Positions 36,699 to 46,846 are shown, numbered from the stretch's first letter. The stretch is 64,000 nucleotides of DNA from Candidatus Zhuqueibacterota bacterium (GCA_029262055.1 JAJDAD010000009.1:29297-93296), one strand, 5' to 3'. Numbers and translations are program-made. The notes: generated from the sequence alone by a model not told the origin.

Positions 36699-37529
36699 GT
36701 GGCAATCGCATTGTCAGACAAGGAGTTTCGGCTCATTAGGGATTTTGTTTATGAGCGGTTTGGCATTAACCTGACCGAGCAAAAACGGCCATTGATGGCT
36801 GGACGCCTGCAGTCTGTTCTACAAAAGCTCCGGCTTACTTCCTTCAAGGCTTACTACGATTATTTGTTGCAGGAACCTGGCGGTGAAGGACTGACCACGC
36901 TGGTTAACCGCATTTCAACCAACCATACTTTTTTTTACCGGGAGCCGGCGCACTTTGAGTTTTTGCAGCAGGAAGTGTTACCGAAGCACATGGAGAGTGC
37001 CAAACGAACAGGTAATAAGAAGTTGCGTATCTGGTGTGCCGGTTGCTCTAGTGGCGAGGAACCCTATACGCTGTCAATGGTATTACGTGAATACCTGCGT
37101 GGCGAGCTAGATTCCTGGGACATTGGTATCCTTGCCACCGACATTTCAGGGCGGGTGCTTCAGATTGCCCAACATGGAATCTACACCGAAGATAGTTTGT
37201 CTCATCTGCCAAAACCATATAGGCAACGCTACTTCAAGCGCACTGAAGCCGGCTCTTGGGCAGTTGTTGATTCGATAAAAGGGATGGTGGTTTTCAGGAA
37301 ATTCAATTTGATGCGCCGTACATTTCCTTTTAACGGAAAGTTCGACGTCATTTTTTGCCGCAATGTCATGATCTACTTCGATAAGGCAACTCGCAGCGCA
37401 CTTGTAGAGCGCTTTTACAAGTGCACTGAGCGCGGCGGATATTTGTTTGTCGGCCATTCTGAAACGTTGGGACGGGGTGAGTGCTTTTACGAATATCGAA
37501 AGCCTGCCACCTACAGAAAGGAGCACTAG
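36699..37529 (+). CDS. cheR: Chemotaxis protein methyltransferase CheR (paralog 2)
   Basis: GTG start. TNHTFFYREPAHF, LRIWCAGCSSGEEPYTLSM, IFCRNVMIYFD. Confidence 0.9.
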   Translation: MAIALSDKEFRLIRDFVYERFGINLTEQKRPLMAGRLQSVLQKLRLTSFKAYYDYLLQEPGGEGLTTLVNRISTNHTFFYREPAHFEFLQQEVLPKHMESAKRTGNKKLRIWCAGCSSGEEPYTLSMVLREYLRGELDSWDIGILATDISGRVLQIAQHGIYTEDSLSHLPKPYRQRYFKRTEAGSWAVVDSIKGMVVFRKFNLMRRTFPFNGKFDVIFCRNVMIYFDKATRSALVERFYKCTERGGYLFVGHSETLGRGECFYEYRKPATYRKEH

Positions 37530-37532
37530 TCA

Positions 37533-38588
37533 TTGAGCAAAAAAATCAAAGTCCTGATTGTTGATGATTCCGCCCTGGTCCGGCAAATTCTGACTCAAGG
37601 TTTGAGCAAAGATCCCGAAATAGAGGTAGTAGGCACTGCCTCAGACCCCTATATAGCCCGCGATAAAATCCTGACGCACCAGCCGGACGTTGTGACGCTG
37701 GATGTTGAGATGCCACGGATGGACGGGGTGCAATTCTTAAAGAGATTGATGCCACAGCACCCGATTCCGGTCCTTATGGTAAGTTCCCTGACTGAACGCG
37801 GGAAGGAGACTACCATGCAAGCACTGGAAGCGGGAGCCATCGACTTTGTTACGAAACCGAGCAGCAACATCGGGCAAGGCCTTAGCGCCATGCTGGTTGA
37901 ACTGCAAAACAAAGTCAAGTTAGCATCCCGAGCTAACGTTAGACATTGGAAAAAGGCTAACTTTGAGATCAGACGACTACAAAAAGAGGGAAGCCATTCC
38001 CTGGCTGAGTCAACCGACAAGGTCATCGCTATCGGTGCCTCAACAGGCGGCACGGAGGCCATTCGGCATATTCTACAGCAGTTGCCGGCCGATACACCCG
38101 GGATTGTGGTAGTGCAACACATGCCACCAGGTTTCACAAATATGTTTGCGAAGCGTTTGGACCAACTCAGTGCGATGAAGGTGAAAGAAGCTGTTTCAGG
38201 TGATAGAGTACTGCGCGGCTGTGTCCTGATTGCACCCGGCGATTATCACATGTGTGTAAAAAGATCGGGTGGCACCTATCGCGTGGACTGTTGGCAGGGA
38301 GATAAGGTCTGTGGGCACCGGCCCTCAGTGGACGTTCTGTTTCGTTCTGTGGCCGAGGCTGCCGGGGTGAACGCGCTTGGCGTTCTGCTAACCGGCATGG
38401 GGCAGGATGGCGCGGAGGGTATGTTGGCAATGCGCCGCGAGGCAGCGCATACTTTAGCGCAAGATGAAAAGACATCGGTGGTATATGGGATGCCAAAGGT
38501 CGCCAAGGAAATAGGCGGTGTAGAGGTGGTCGTCCCGATTCAGGAAATGGCACGTTCAATCATAGCATTGTTGCCGGAGAAGAACTGA
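37533..38588 (+). CDS. cheB: Chemotaxis response regulator protein-glutamate methylesterase CheB
   Basis: Receiver IKVLIVDDSALVRQ..LDVEMPRMDG. Esterase IGASTGGTEA..HMPPGFT..GMGQDGA. Confidence 0.9.
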   Translation: MSKKIKVLIVDDSALVRQILTQGLSKDPEIEVVGTASDPYIARDKILTHQPDVVTLDVEMPRMDGVQFLKRLMPQHPIPVLMVSSLTERGKETTMQALEAGAIDFVTKPSSNIGQGLSAMLVELQNKVKLASRANVRHWKKANFEIRRLQKEGSHSLAESTDKVIAIGASTGGTEAIRHILQQLPADTPGIVVVQHMPPGFTNMFAKRLDQLSAMKVKEAVSGDRVLRGCVLIAPGDYHMCVKRSGGTYRVDCWQGDKVCGHRPSVDVLFRSVAEAAGVNALGVLLTGMGQDGAEGMLAMRREAAHTLAQDEKTSVVYGMPKVAKEIGGVEVVVPIQEMARSIIALLPEKN

Positions 38589-39070
38589 TGGAAGTTGTCT
38601 ATGTAGGCGTGGGCGAGTACGCTACGTCCAAGAAGCCCGGGGACGTGGTTAAGACCCTCGCCCTCGGTTCTTGCGTTGCTGTCATAGCCCTGGACCCCCG
38701 CACTCGTGTCGTGGGTTTGTTACATGTCGCTCTTCCCGATTCATCAATCAACAAGAAGAGAGCGTTGGAACGGCCGGGAATGTTCGCTGATACCGGCACT
38801 GAAATCTTGCTGGAAAGTATGAAGAAACACGGATATGATGGCAGCCGACTAACCATCAAACTTGCCGGAGGCGCTTCTATCATGGATCCCAACAACACAT
38901 TCAATATTGGTAAGCGCAACATTCTCTCGGTAAAGAAGGCTCTGTGGCGGGTTAAGCTCGGGGCCATTTCCGAACATGTCGGCGGCAATATCAGTCGCAG
39001 CGTTTCCGTCGATGTCAACAGCGGTAAGGTGATGGTGAGTTCGCCTGGAAGGGGAGAATGGCCACTATGA
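38588..39070 (+). CDS. cheD: Chemoreceptor glutamine deamidase CheD
   Basis: LALGSCVAVIALDP..GLLHVALPDS..FNIGKRNI. Confidence 0.85.
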   Translation: MEVVYVGVGEYATSKKPGDVVKTLALGSCVAVIALDPRTRVVGLLHVALPDSSINKKRALERPGMFADTGTEILLESMKKHGYDGSRLTIKLAGGASIMDPNNTFNIGKRNILSVKKALWRVKLGAISEHVGGNISRSVSVDVNSGKVMVSSPGRGEWPL

Positions 39071-39936
39071 GCGCCCTTGAGATGATTGCTAAACGTGTCG
39101 AGGAAAAACCCATCCCATCCCAGGTTGCATTCGAGCTCCTGAAGATTATTGACGACGAAGATCATTCGATGCGGCAAGTGATTCAACTTGTCGAAAACGA
39201 CGCGTCACTCACAACTGAAGTTCTCAAGGTAGCCAACACTGCCACCTACCGCCGTGGGGAGCCGATTTCAACCATAAATCGGGCCGTAATGCTGCTGGGC
39301 GAGATGATGGTGGTCGGCGTCTCGATTTGTGCTTCATCATCTATTGTTTTTCACTCCGCGTTGGAGGGCTATGATAGCGAACGCGGTGAAATGTGGGATC
39401 ACTCGCTTCGCTCGGCCATCGCCGCGCGTGAACTCTCCAAGTACGCAAAACGGAAGATCTCCCCCGGGTTGGCCTTCACCGCCGGCCTGTTACATGACAT
39501 CGGGAAATCAGTGCTTTCCGAGTTCCTGGTCGGCAGCTCTGAGAAACTAACTCAGCAGTGCGAAAGCGGTGAAGTGGCCGATTACCTCGAAGCAGAAAGA
39601 ACATTGGTGGGAACGGACCACGCACAAATCGGTTATGCACTCGCGAAACAGTGGTCTTTGCCCGACGTCTTGGCCGCCGCAATTCGGGACCACCATGTGC
39701 CGGCAAAGGCTGATGAAAACCATCGCGCCCTGGTTTATACTGTCCATCTTAGCGACCTTGTCTCAATGCTGGGAGGAGCGGGAACAGGCTCTGACGCGCT
39801 CGCCTATTCAATGGACGACAACTACCAGGACTATATTAGCATCAGTCGCGACGAGTTACCTCTTCTTTTGCTGAATGTTCAGGAGGAGTTTCTGAAAATC
39901 AAAAAATTCTTTACCCAGCCTGCGAAGGTGGCCTGA
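39058..39936 (+). CDS. HDOD domain protein
   Basis: LKIIDDEDHSMRQVIQLVENDASLTTEVLKVANTATY..AGLLHDIGKSVL. Confidence 0.8.
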   Translation: MATMSALEMIAKRVEEKPIPSQVAFELLKIIDDEDHSMRQVIQLVENDASLTTEVLKVANTATYRRGEPISTINRAVMLLGEMMVVGVSICASSSIVFHSALEGYDSERGEMWDHSLRSAIAARELSKYAKRKISPGLAFTAGLLHDIGKSVLSEFLVGSSEKLTQQCESGEVADYLEAERTLVGTDHAQIGYALAKQWSLPDVLAAAIRDHHVPAKADENHRALVYTVHLSDLVSMLGGAGTGSDALAYSMDDNYQDYISISRDELPLLLLNVQEEFLKIKKFFTQPAKVA

Positions 39937-40325
39937 TGATTCAAAACATAATCATAGCAGACGATTCGTCAACAGCCCGCATGATCATCAGGCGATGCCT
40001 CGAGATCGCTGGATGCATCGATGCCACTTTTTTTGAGGCTGCAGACGGCGAGCAGGCACTGGCGCTGGCAAAAGATAAGGCAATCGATCTCCTGGTAACG
40101 GATCTCAATATGCCGAACATGGATGGCCGGACGCTGTTGAAAAGAGTCAAGTCGAGTCCCAAACTCACCACGGTTCCGGTCATTGTTGTTTCGAGCGCCA
40201 GCAATGAGGCGGTTGAGAAAAGCCTGCTGGAGGAAGGCGCCCTGACTGTGGTCAAGAAGCCAGTCTCACCGGCAACAGTAGCAAGCGCCCTGGAAACGTT
40301 AACCGATGATAACCAATGGGGTTGA
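39936..40325 (+). CDS. Single-domain response regulator (CheY-like)
   Basis: IIIADDSSTARMII..LVTDLNMPNMDG..VVKKP. Confidence 0.85.
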   Translation: MIQNIIIADDSSTARMIIRRCLEIAGCIDATFFEAADGEQALALAKDKAIDLLVTDLNMPNMDGRTLLKRVKSSPKLTTVPVIVVSSASNEAVEKSLLEEGALTVVKKPVSPATVASALETLTDDNQWG

Positions 40326-40825
40326 TCGATATGAATGACAGTCAGAAAGAGTTAACGGCTTCATTGACCGCTGCCATCTCCGAAACCATGGAAAATATGA
40401 CGTTTGAAGAGATAGAGGTGCTTGTCGACACAAAAAAAGGCTCGAGCGTTTATCAGGAAAGTATGTGGGCAACCCTGCCTGTGCTCAGACCACTGGCGGG
40501 CAGGATAGCACTGGAAATCCCAACGAGTTACGGCAAGTGCTTAACCGAAGCACTTGCCGGGGATTCAGAGAATGAAGTCTGTTGCGAAGCCATAGGCGAT
40601 GTTCTTGGCGAAATCATCAATACCATTGCAGGACGCTTTATCAGTCGACTATTGCCCCCAACCGAAGAGTTTGAGCTAGGCTTACCTGAAACCGGTCAAG
40701 GTGAACTTGCCGGCGCGGATGAGGCTGTCACTTCTATTTTGCTAAGTGTCGGAGGGCACTGTATCAAAACTAGTGTCTCAGGTGCCGACTTTTGGGATTT
40801 TTCAAACAGTAAGAGAAGGAACTGA
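40316..40825 (+). CDS. CheX/CheC-superfamily-like protein
   Basis: AAISETMENMTFEE and LGEIINTIAGRF resemble CheX motifs. Alternative start at 40331 (MNDSQ). Confidence 0.5.
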   Translation: MGLIDMNDSQKELTASLTAAISETMENMTFEEIEVLVDTKKGSSVYQESMWATLPVLRPLAGRIALEIPTSYGKCLTEALAGDSENEVCCEAIGDVLGEIINTIAGRFISRLLPPTEEFELGLPETGQGELAGADEAVTSILLSVGGHCIKTSVSGADFWDFSNSKRRN

Positions 40826-40826
40826 C

Positions 40827-41174
40827 ATGAAAATACTCATAGTTGATGACTCAGCCGTTATGCGTAAGATCGTTACACGAGCCCTGAATGAGGGCGGGCA
40901 TACTGATATCGTCGAAGCCGGCAATGGCCAGGAGGCCCTGGACCAGGCAGGCGATGTTGACATTGTTTTTACCGACTGGAATATGCCGGTCATGGATGGC
41001 CTTACCTTTGTTAAAGAGTTGCGGAAATCTTCGAATGTGCCGGTTGTGATGATCACCACTGAGGGGGGACAGGCACAGGTCCTGGACGCGATGCGGAATG
41101 GTGTTAACGACTACGTTGTGAAACCATTCAAACCAAGCGTCCTTTTGGGTAAGGTCGAGAACCTGATTAAATAA
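40827..41174 (+). CDS. cheY: Chemotaxis response regulator CheY
   Basis: MKILIVDDSAVMRKI..FTDWNMPVMDG..MITTEG..YVVKPF. The track ORF extends upstream to 40746. Confidence 0.9.
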   Translation: MKILIVDDSAVMRKIVTRALNEGGHTDIVEAGNGQEALDQAGDVDIVFTDWNMPVMDGLTFVKELRKSSNVPVVMITTEGGQAQVLDAMRNGVNDYVVKPFKPSVLLGKVENLIK

Positions 41175-41206
41175 GGAGACGCCTGCTAAGATAGGAGCTT
41201 TTCGGT

Positions 41207-41707
41207 ATGAGTGAAAACATTGTTATAAAAGAGAATCTGATACAGGATTTTATAGACTCGACCTCGGAGGTTTTGTCAACGATGGCCGCCATTGATGTGG
41301 AGCCGAAGGGATACCGGGAGGTGAGAAGTGATACTAATAACGCTGGGACTACTGTCTGCATGGACATCACGGGTGTCATCGGGTTTTCCGGTGGCAGACA
41401 AGGCTCGATTCTTGTCACCCTGTCCGAACAAATTGCTATGAGTGCGGTTGGTGGGATGCTTGGCACGGCTCTCGAGGAAATGGACGCGGACGTCACGGAC
41501 GGTGTCGGTGAACTGGTCAATATGATTGCGGGGGGCGCAAAAACAAAAATTCAGCAAAAGGGGTTTGACTTTGAGTTGTCGATTCCCAATACGATCATGG
41601 GGGCCAACCACCAGATTACTGGTCCTGCCGCATCGTCAAGAACGCGACTGGATTTTGGAACGCCTGCAGGCGACTTTTTTGTCGAAGTTCATTTGAAGCA
41701 AGAGTAA
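41207..41707 (+). CDS. cheX: CheY-P phosphatase CheX
   Basis: FIDSTSEVLSTMA..ITGVIGFSGGRQGSILV..GELVNMIAGGAK. Confidence 0.75.
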   Translation: MSENIVIKENLIQDFIDSTSEVLSTMAAIDVEPKGYREVRSDTNNAGTTVCMDITGVIGFSGGRQGSILVTLSEQIAMSAVGGMLGTALEEMDADVTDGVGELVNMIAGGAKTKIQQKGFDFELSIPNTIMGANHQITGPAASSRTRLDFGTPAGDFFVEVHLKQE

Positions 41708-41744
41708 TACCTGGCAGCGAGCATGAATCTAAACGGCTTCAAGC

Positions 41745-42122
41745 ATGGGCAAGAAAAAAAAGATACTGATAGTTGACGACGATTATTCTTCAAGACGGTT
41801 ACTGGAAAGAATAATCCGTTCTCACTTCAAATGCGACGTCATGCAGGCCAAAGAGGGATCCGAAGCCCTGCAAGCAATGTTCATGGACCGTCCGGACCTG
41901 GTTGTCCTCGATTTACATATGCCGTTTATGAATGGCGTGCAGGTTTTGGAGGCCGTAAAAGAAAGCTCTGCGCTTCGCGAAATCCCGATTATCGCCTGTA
42001 CTGGCGTAAGTAATGATAGCCTGGTAAGGAAGGTTCTACAATACGGCGTGAAAAGCTATTTGGTCAAACCCGTAGAACCGAATACAGTAATTGAGAAGAT
42101 CACGATGGTTCTTGAATCATAA
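41745..42122 (+). CDS. Single-domain response regulator
   Basis: KKILIVDDDYSSRRLL..VVLDLHMPFMNG..YLVKP. Confidence 0.85.
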   Translation: MGKKKKILIVDDDYSSRRLLERIIRSHFKCDVMQAKEGSEALQAMFMDRPDLVVLDLHMPFMNGVQVLEAVKESSALREIPIIACTGVSNDSLVRKVLQYGVKSYLVKPVEPNTVIEKITMVLES

Positions 42123-42133
42123 GGTACTTTTGA

Positions 42134-43108
42134 ATGGCCGATATTCTCTCGCAAAACGAAATAGATGCGCTGCTTTCTCAAAACCAGGACGATACGGATG
42201 ATCATAGGGAAAAGAGTCGTCGTAAGGAAAAGGCAGTTTTTACCTACAATTTTCGCCGACAGAAAAAGTTCAACAAGAGTGATTTTGTACTACTAGAGAG
42301 CATCCACAAGCGCTTTCTGCGTAATATCGAGGTTACTCTGACCAACGTTCTGACGACCCCGGTCATGGCAACTCTGGCGGCTGCAACCGAATTGTCTTAC
42401 AGCGACTGCATGGAGTCATTTTCCTCGCCCACCTGTATCTATATATTGAACATAAATAAAGGTAAGGGAAGATTTATCTTGGAAATCGACCCGAACTTCG
42501 CCTTTTTCGTGATCGATCGCATCCTGGGTGGCAGCTCCAAGGACATTCATGCCATGGACCGGGAGTTGAGTTTGATCGAGGAAAAAATCATGCAACGGGT
42601 GGTCCATATCATAAACCAGGACTTGGCGGATGCGTGGTCGCGCGTCGAAGCACTTGAGATCGGCACGGAGGGGTTCTACGCTCAACCGGATTATGTCCAG
42701 GTTCTAAGCAGTACGGATTCTGTTATTCTGGTTTCGATGGACATTCGTAGTTCAGATAAGACATTGGGGTATATGAACCTCTGTTTGCCGAGCACAGTCC
42801 TGGAAGCCTTAATGCTAAAGTACGACAATAGCAAAGATACTACACGCAGCGTCCAGCAGTCCGAAGATGACCGTAATAATATTGAAAAACGTGTGCGTAG
42901 CTCAGTGTTGCCTCTCCGCGCTATCTTGGGTGAAACCTCAATGAAAATTGCGGATGTCATGAACCTGGATGACGGGGATGTTATTTACCTGAATTCAGAG
43001 GTCAGCAAGGCGGTGGATGTTTATGTCGGAGATCTGCGCCTGTTTAAGGCTATGCCTGTACGAAAACGAAATACCATGGCAGTGAAGATATCCGATGTCT
43101 TGCGGTAG
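42134..43108 (+). CDS. fliM: Flagellar motor switch protein FliM
   Basis: N-terminal CheY-P-binding peptide MADILSQNEIDALLS. Middle CheC-like domain. C-terminal FliN-like LDDGDVIYLNSEVSKAVDVYVGDLRLF. Confidence 0.9.
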   Translation: MADILSQNEIDALLSQNQDDTDDHREKSRRKEKAVFTYNFRRQKKFNKSDFVLLESIHKRFLRNIEVTLTNVLTTPVMATLAAATELSYSDCMESFSSPTCIYILNINKGKGRFILEIDPNFAFFVIDRILGGSSKDIHAMDRELSLIEEKIMQRVVHIINQDLADAWSRVEALEIGTEGFYAQPDYVQVLSSTDSVILVSMDIRSSDKTLGYMNLCLPSTVLEALMLKYDNSKDTTRSVQQSEDDRNNIEKRVRSSVLPLRAILGETSMKIADVMNLDDGDVIYLNSEVSKAVDVYVGDLRLFKAMPVRKRNTMAVKISDVLR

Positions 43109-43281
43109 GCTTGGCGTGCTGCGGCGAGGCCGGCCCTAACTGGTATAGACATGAACTCAGCGGTAAGATAACGACTCGTCCCCGGCCGCGTGCATTGTTC
43201 TTGCAGCGGCAGAGAATCCTTCCCCCCCCATAAGGTCATTTTCCAGTTTTTAAGTCAAAAATGCTTGATTCACAGGGTGTG

Positions 43282-43305
43282 TTTGTTTAGGTTGTTCTAA
43301 ACAAA
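43282..43305. promoter_or_regulatory. Perfect palindrome, candidate operator of the adjacent regulator
   Basis: TTTGTTTAG-gttgtt-CTAAACAAA, ending 10 nt upstream of the GTG at 43316. Confidence 0.4.
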
Positions 43306-43315
43306 GTTAACCTTC

Positions 43316-43849
43316 GTGGCTGACAAGAGACCTGTTTGTCAAGATATGCAAGATATGATAGAGGATAAGAAACGCGATCTCGCGGATTCTGTCGGTGAGT
43401 TTATTAAGTACTGGGGCTTTAAAGAGGTGCACGGCAAGATCTGGATTCATGTCTATCTGTCGGATGCCCCGGTGACCGCCAAAGAGCTGACAACGAGCCT
43501 CGGCGTGACCAAGGGGTTGGTGAGTACGGCCTTGTCTGAGATGCTTGCTTACCGGGTCGTTGAGAAGGTCAGTTTAGGGGATGCCCGCTCACCGGGGTAT
43601 CAATCCAATACGGACTTGATGCAGGTGATTTTCAATATATTGCGCAATCGTGAGTTAAAACTAACAAATCGGATTCAGAGCAATATTGAGGCATTACGCG
43701 AAGAAATAGACCCGAGTTCACCGCATCTGGAAAAAGTAGATAGATTACACGAAATGACGACCTTTGCAGTCGACAGCCTCAGCAGGTTGCTGCATACCGA
43801 GACAATTCCCACAAAAAGACTGAGAACGCTGATGCGGCTCATGTCTTAA
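43316..43849 (+). CDS. GbsR/MarR-type winged-helix transcriptional regulator
   Basis: FIKYWGFKEVHGKIWIHVYLSDAPVTAKELTTSLGVTKGLVSTALSEMLAYRVVEKV fits the GbsR-family pattern. The track start is GTG; in-frame ATGs lie at 43346 and 43355. Confidence 0.6.
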   Translation: MADKRPVCQDMQDMIEDKKRDLADSVGEFIKYWGFKEVHGKIWIHVYLSDAPVTAKELTTSLGVTKGLVSTALSEMLAYRVVEKVSLGDARSPGYQSNTDLMQVIFNILRNRELKLTNRIQSNIEALREEIDPSSPHLEKVDRLHEMTTFAVDSLSRLLHTETIPTKRLRTLMRLMS

Positions 43850-43890
43850 ATGCGGCACGCTTCGTGCTTCATTAATCCGAGAAGGCCATA

Positions 43891-45150
43891 TTGATGAATT
43901 TGTTTAAAGCCCTTGATTTTTCTGTCATCCCAGCCCACGCGTACCATGCCGCACTTGCATGTGGCTTACCTCTCGCCATCTGGCGCCATCCCGGCGCGAG
44001 CGAAGCTCAGACTGTTGTTGCATTTGGAGGTGATGTCGGTACCGGCCCTGTGGATTTCTGCGACGGAAACCCAGGTTTTGTTTTTTCTCAGTTTACGAAT
44101 AGTCCGGGCCAGGGGTTTTTTATTGACGCTGATTTCTGTAGCTACGGAAAGGACGGGTTTGTTTGTAACCGGGATAGCAACGGACGGAGCACCGGCGGCG
44201 AGTTTCTCGACATGCTGCGGCAATACAGGCAACGTCCTGTTGACGCGCCCCATTCCTGGTACGAGAGTTCGGGTCTACCGCCTGCAATAGTCTCCACCGC
44301 TGAGGCGACATTCTGTGAGTGGGTGGAGAGAGTCTTGGAGAGGATCAGGGACGGCGACCTGAGCAAAGTCGTCTTGTCCCGTGTTCAGGAGTGTGAGCTC
44401 GCACTGGATTTTCACCCGCTGGCGTTGTTTCGTAAGCTGTGCACTGCCTACCGTACAGCGTTTGTCTCCCTGGTGGCGATTCCTGGTATAGGGACCTGGG
44501 TTGGCGCTACCCCCGAACTGCTCGCCAGCTTGAAGGATGACACCTTCACAACAGTGGCTTTGGCCGGAACCCGACCTGTTGCTCCCGAATCCGACAAGTG
44601 GTCGGGCACCTGGCACGAAAAGGAAATTGTCGAGCAGGCCATGGTGAGCGAATTTATCCGCGACTGCTTTGTCGCGCAAGGTATATTTGATTTTTCTGAA
44701 ACCGGGACAGAGACGGCGCGGATAGGCGACTTGCTTCATCTGCAGACCGGGTTCACCTTACGCAATGCTTCCAGGTATGCCGGCGCAGAGCTGCAGAGGT
44801 TCTTGACAGCGCTGCACCCGACTCCGGCAGTCTGCGGTGTCCCCAAGGCCGGCGCTCTGGACTACATTGCGAGCATTGAAGACCACGACCGTCAATTCTA
44901 CGCCGGCTATCTCGGGCCGGTCAATCTGAATCGAGAGTCGCAGCTTTTCGTGAATCTGCGCTGCCTGCAAATGCACGGCCAGTCAGCGGTTCTTTACGCT
45001 GGTGGCGGGATCACGGTCGATTCTGTTCCCGAACGAGAATGGCTTGAGACCGAGCTTAAACTGGACGCACTTCTGCGTTTCCTGGGGCCGGGACGGCAGT
45101 CCAGCATAGCCGGCAGAGATCAGGCCGCGGAATTGCTTTGTTATGACTGA
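43891..45150 (+). CDS. menF: Isochorismate synthase
   Basis: GATPELL, LAGTRP, LHPTPAVCGVPK, YAGYLGP, YAGGGITVDSVPEREWLETELK. men operon context. Confidence 0.8.
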   Translation: MMNLFKALDFSVIPAHAYHAALACGLPLAIWRHPGASEAQTVVAFGGDVGTGPVDFCDGNPGFVFSQFTNSPGQGFFIDADFCSYGKDGFVCNRDSNGRSTGGEFLDMLRQYRQRPVDAPHSWYESSGLPPAIVSTAEATFCEWVERVLERIRDGDLSKVVLSRVQECELALDFHPLALFRKLCTAYRTAFVSLVAIPGIGTWVGATPELLASLKDDTFTTVALAGTRPVAPESDKWSGTWHEKEIVEQAMVSEFIRDCFVAQGIFDFSETGTETARIGDLLHLQTGFTLRNASRYAGAELQRFLTALHPTPAVCGVPKAGALDYIASIEDHDRQFYAGYLGPVNLNRESQLFVNLRCLQMHGQSAVLYAGGGITVDSVPEREWLETELKLDALLRFLGPGRQSSIAGRDQAAELLCYD

Positions 45151-46846
45151 CGTCAAGCAGAGTATCTTTGACATCGCCGAGATTTCCCGCTCCATGGGAG
45201 TGCGAAATGCGATTGTTTCTCCCGGTTCGCGCTCTGCGCCACTTACCCTGGCATTTGTACGCCATCCCGGCATAACGTGCCGTGCCGTCGTCGATGAACG
45301 TTCGGCTGCGTTCGTGGCGCTCGGTATTGCCAGGCAAACCCAAAGCCCCGTTGCAGTGATTTGTACCTCCGGCACAGCGGCCCTTAACCTGGCTTCCGCG
45401 GTGGCCGAGGCCTTTTTTCAGCAAATACCGTTGCTGGTGCTAACTGCGGACCGGCCGCCTGAGTGGATCGCCCAGAATGATGGGCAAACAGTCTTTCAAC
45501 GAAACCTGTATGGCGACAATTGTCGAGGGTATTTTGAACTCCCGGTGGACTACGATCATCCGGACGCGAAATGGCAGATTCGGCGCACGCTCTCAGATGC
45601 AATCAATTGCGCAACTGACAGCGTGCCGGGCCCGGTACACGTAAATGTGCCATTGCGCGAGCCGCTTTATCCCGGGACTCCGTTTACCTACTCGCAAGGT
45701 ATTCGGACCATTACAGCAGCTTCGTCCGAGCGTCGACTGCCGGACAGCGAGTGGGACCAACTGCTGGACATCTGGAACAGTTGTGATCAAAAACTCATCG
45801 TCGCCGGCCTGCAGGCTCCGGATGCCGGTTTAAACCGCAGAATCGAGGCTTGTCTCGGCAAAGCTGATGTGGTCTTGTTGGGAGATGTCGTTTCCAACTG
45901 CAAGCAGGATCCGGAAATTTACCACTACGACGCGATTCTGCACTCCGGCTCGGAGGCCTTGCTGAAGAGTCTGAAACCCGATCTGCTGCTCACCTTCGGT
46001 GGCCCGGTGGTTTCGAAATCTCTGAAGCAGTTCCTGCGCAAGTATACACCGGAGTATCACTGGCACCTGCAGTTTGAGAGTAAGTCCATCGACCCGTTCC
46101 AGTCTCTTACCACAATTCTGCCGGTGTCACCCGATTATTTTTTCGAGAGCCTTGCAACTGAATTGATGGCTCCATTTCCCGTGCGGAAGTATCGCGGCAA
46201 GTGGCTGCGCGCGCAAAGGTTTGCCAGCGACCTGGTTCGGGCTTTCTTAGACCAGGCGGAAATGTCCGAGATTCTTGCCATGGCCGAGGTCTTGGATGTC
46301 ATACAACCAGAGAGCGTTCTGCACCTGGGGAATAGCGCAATCGTCAGATTGGCAAGTTTTGTAGGGCAACGACAAGCAGAGGGATTGACGGTCTATTCTA
46401 ACCGTGGGACCAATGGCATCGATGGGACCCTGAGTAGCGCAGTTGGTGCGGCTCTGTCAACCTCGCGGCTTACCACGGTTATTTTGGGTGATCTGTCTTT
46501 TTTTTACGATCGAAACGCTTTGTGGCAGGCCGAGTTGCCGCCTAATTTGCGGATCATCGTTTTCAACAATCACGGCGGCGGGATTTTTCGTGTTCTGGAT
46601 GGCAGCAAGGAGATGCCCGAGCTGGAGTCATTCTTCGAAGTCAGTCACAGCCTGTCAGCGAAGAATACGGCCCTGGACCACGGAGTGAAGTACTCTACCT
46701 GTGACTCCATCGAGGCTTTGCGCGAAGAACTGCCCGGCTTTTTCGACACGGGCAAAGGCCCGGGGTTGTTGGAAGTACAATTTGACCGGGCCGGTAATGC
46801 CGAAACTTTTCTAAATTTCAAAGCTTTGTTAAGGGAGATTTCATGA
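45143..46846 (+). CDS. menD: 2-succinyl-5-enolpyruvyl-6-hydroxy-3-cyclohexene-1-carboxylate synthase
   Basis: [14 protein letters not shown]; ThDP motif [20 protein letters not shown]. Confidence 0.9.
   Translation: MTDVKQSIFDIAEISRSMGVRNAIVSPGSRSAPLTLAFVRHPGITCRAVVDERSAAFVALGIARQTQSPVAVICTSGTAALNLASAVAEAFFQQIPLLVLTADRPPEWIAQNDGQTVFQRNLYGDNCRGYFELPVDYDHPDAKWQIRRTLSDAINCATDSVPGPVHVNVPLREPLYPGTPFTYSQGIRTITAASSERRLPDSEWDQLLDIWNSCDQKLIVAGLQAPDAGLNRRIEACLGKADVVLLGDVVSNCKQDPEIYHYDAILHSGSEALLKSLKPDLLLTFGGPVVSKSLKQFLRKYTPEYHWHLQFESKSIDPFQSLTTILPVSPDYFFESLATELMAPFPVRKYRGKWLRAQRFASDLVRAFLDQAEMSEILAMAEVLDVIQPESVLHLGNSAIVRLASFVGQRQAEGLTVYSNRGTNGIDGTLSSAVGAALSTSRLTTVILGDLSFFYDRNALWQAELPPNLRIIVFNNHGGGIFRVLDGSKEMPELESFFEVSHSLSAKNTALDHGVKYSTCDSIEALREELPGFFDTGKGPGLLEVQFDRAGNAETFLNFKALLREIS

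Noticed and set aside
42136-42143. GCCGATAT (a perfect sigma-28 -10 octamer) at the very start of fliM.
   Set aside because: It is simply codons 2-3 of fliM and the first two bases of codon 4 (ATG GCC GAT ATT). It serves as a reminder that such octamers occur by chance in this window.
43190-43205. GTGCATTGTTCTTGCA upstream of the GbsR-type regulator. It has a perfect -12 TTGCA and correct spacing for sigma-54.
   Set aside because: The essential -24 GG dinucleotide reads TG, so a functional sigma-54 promoter is unlikely.
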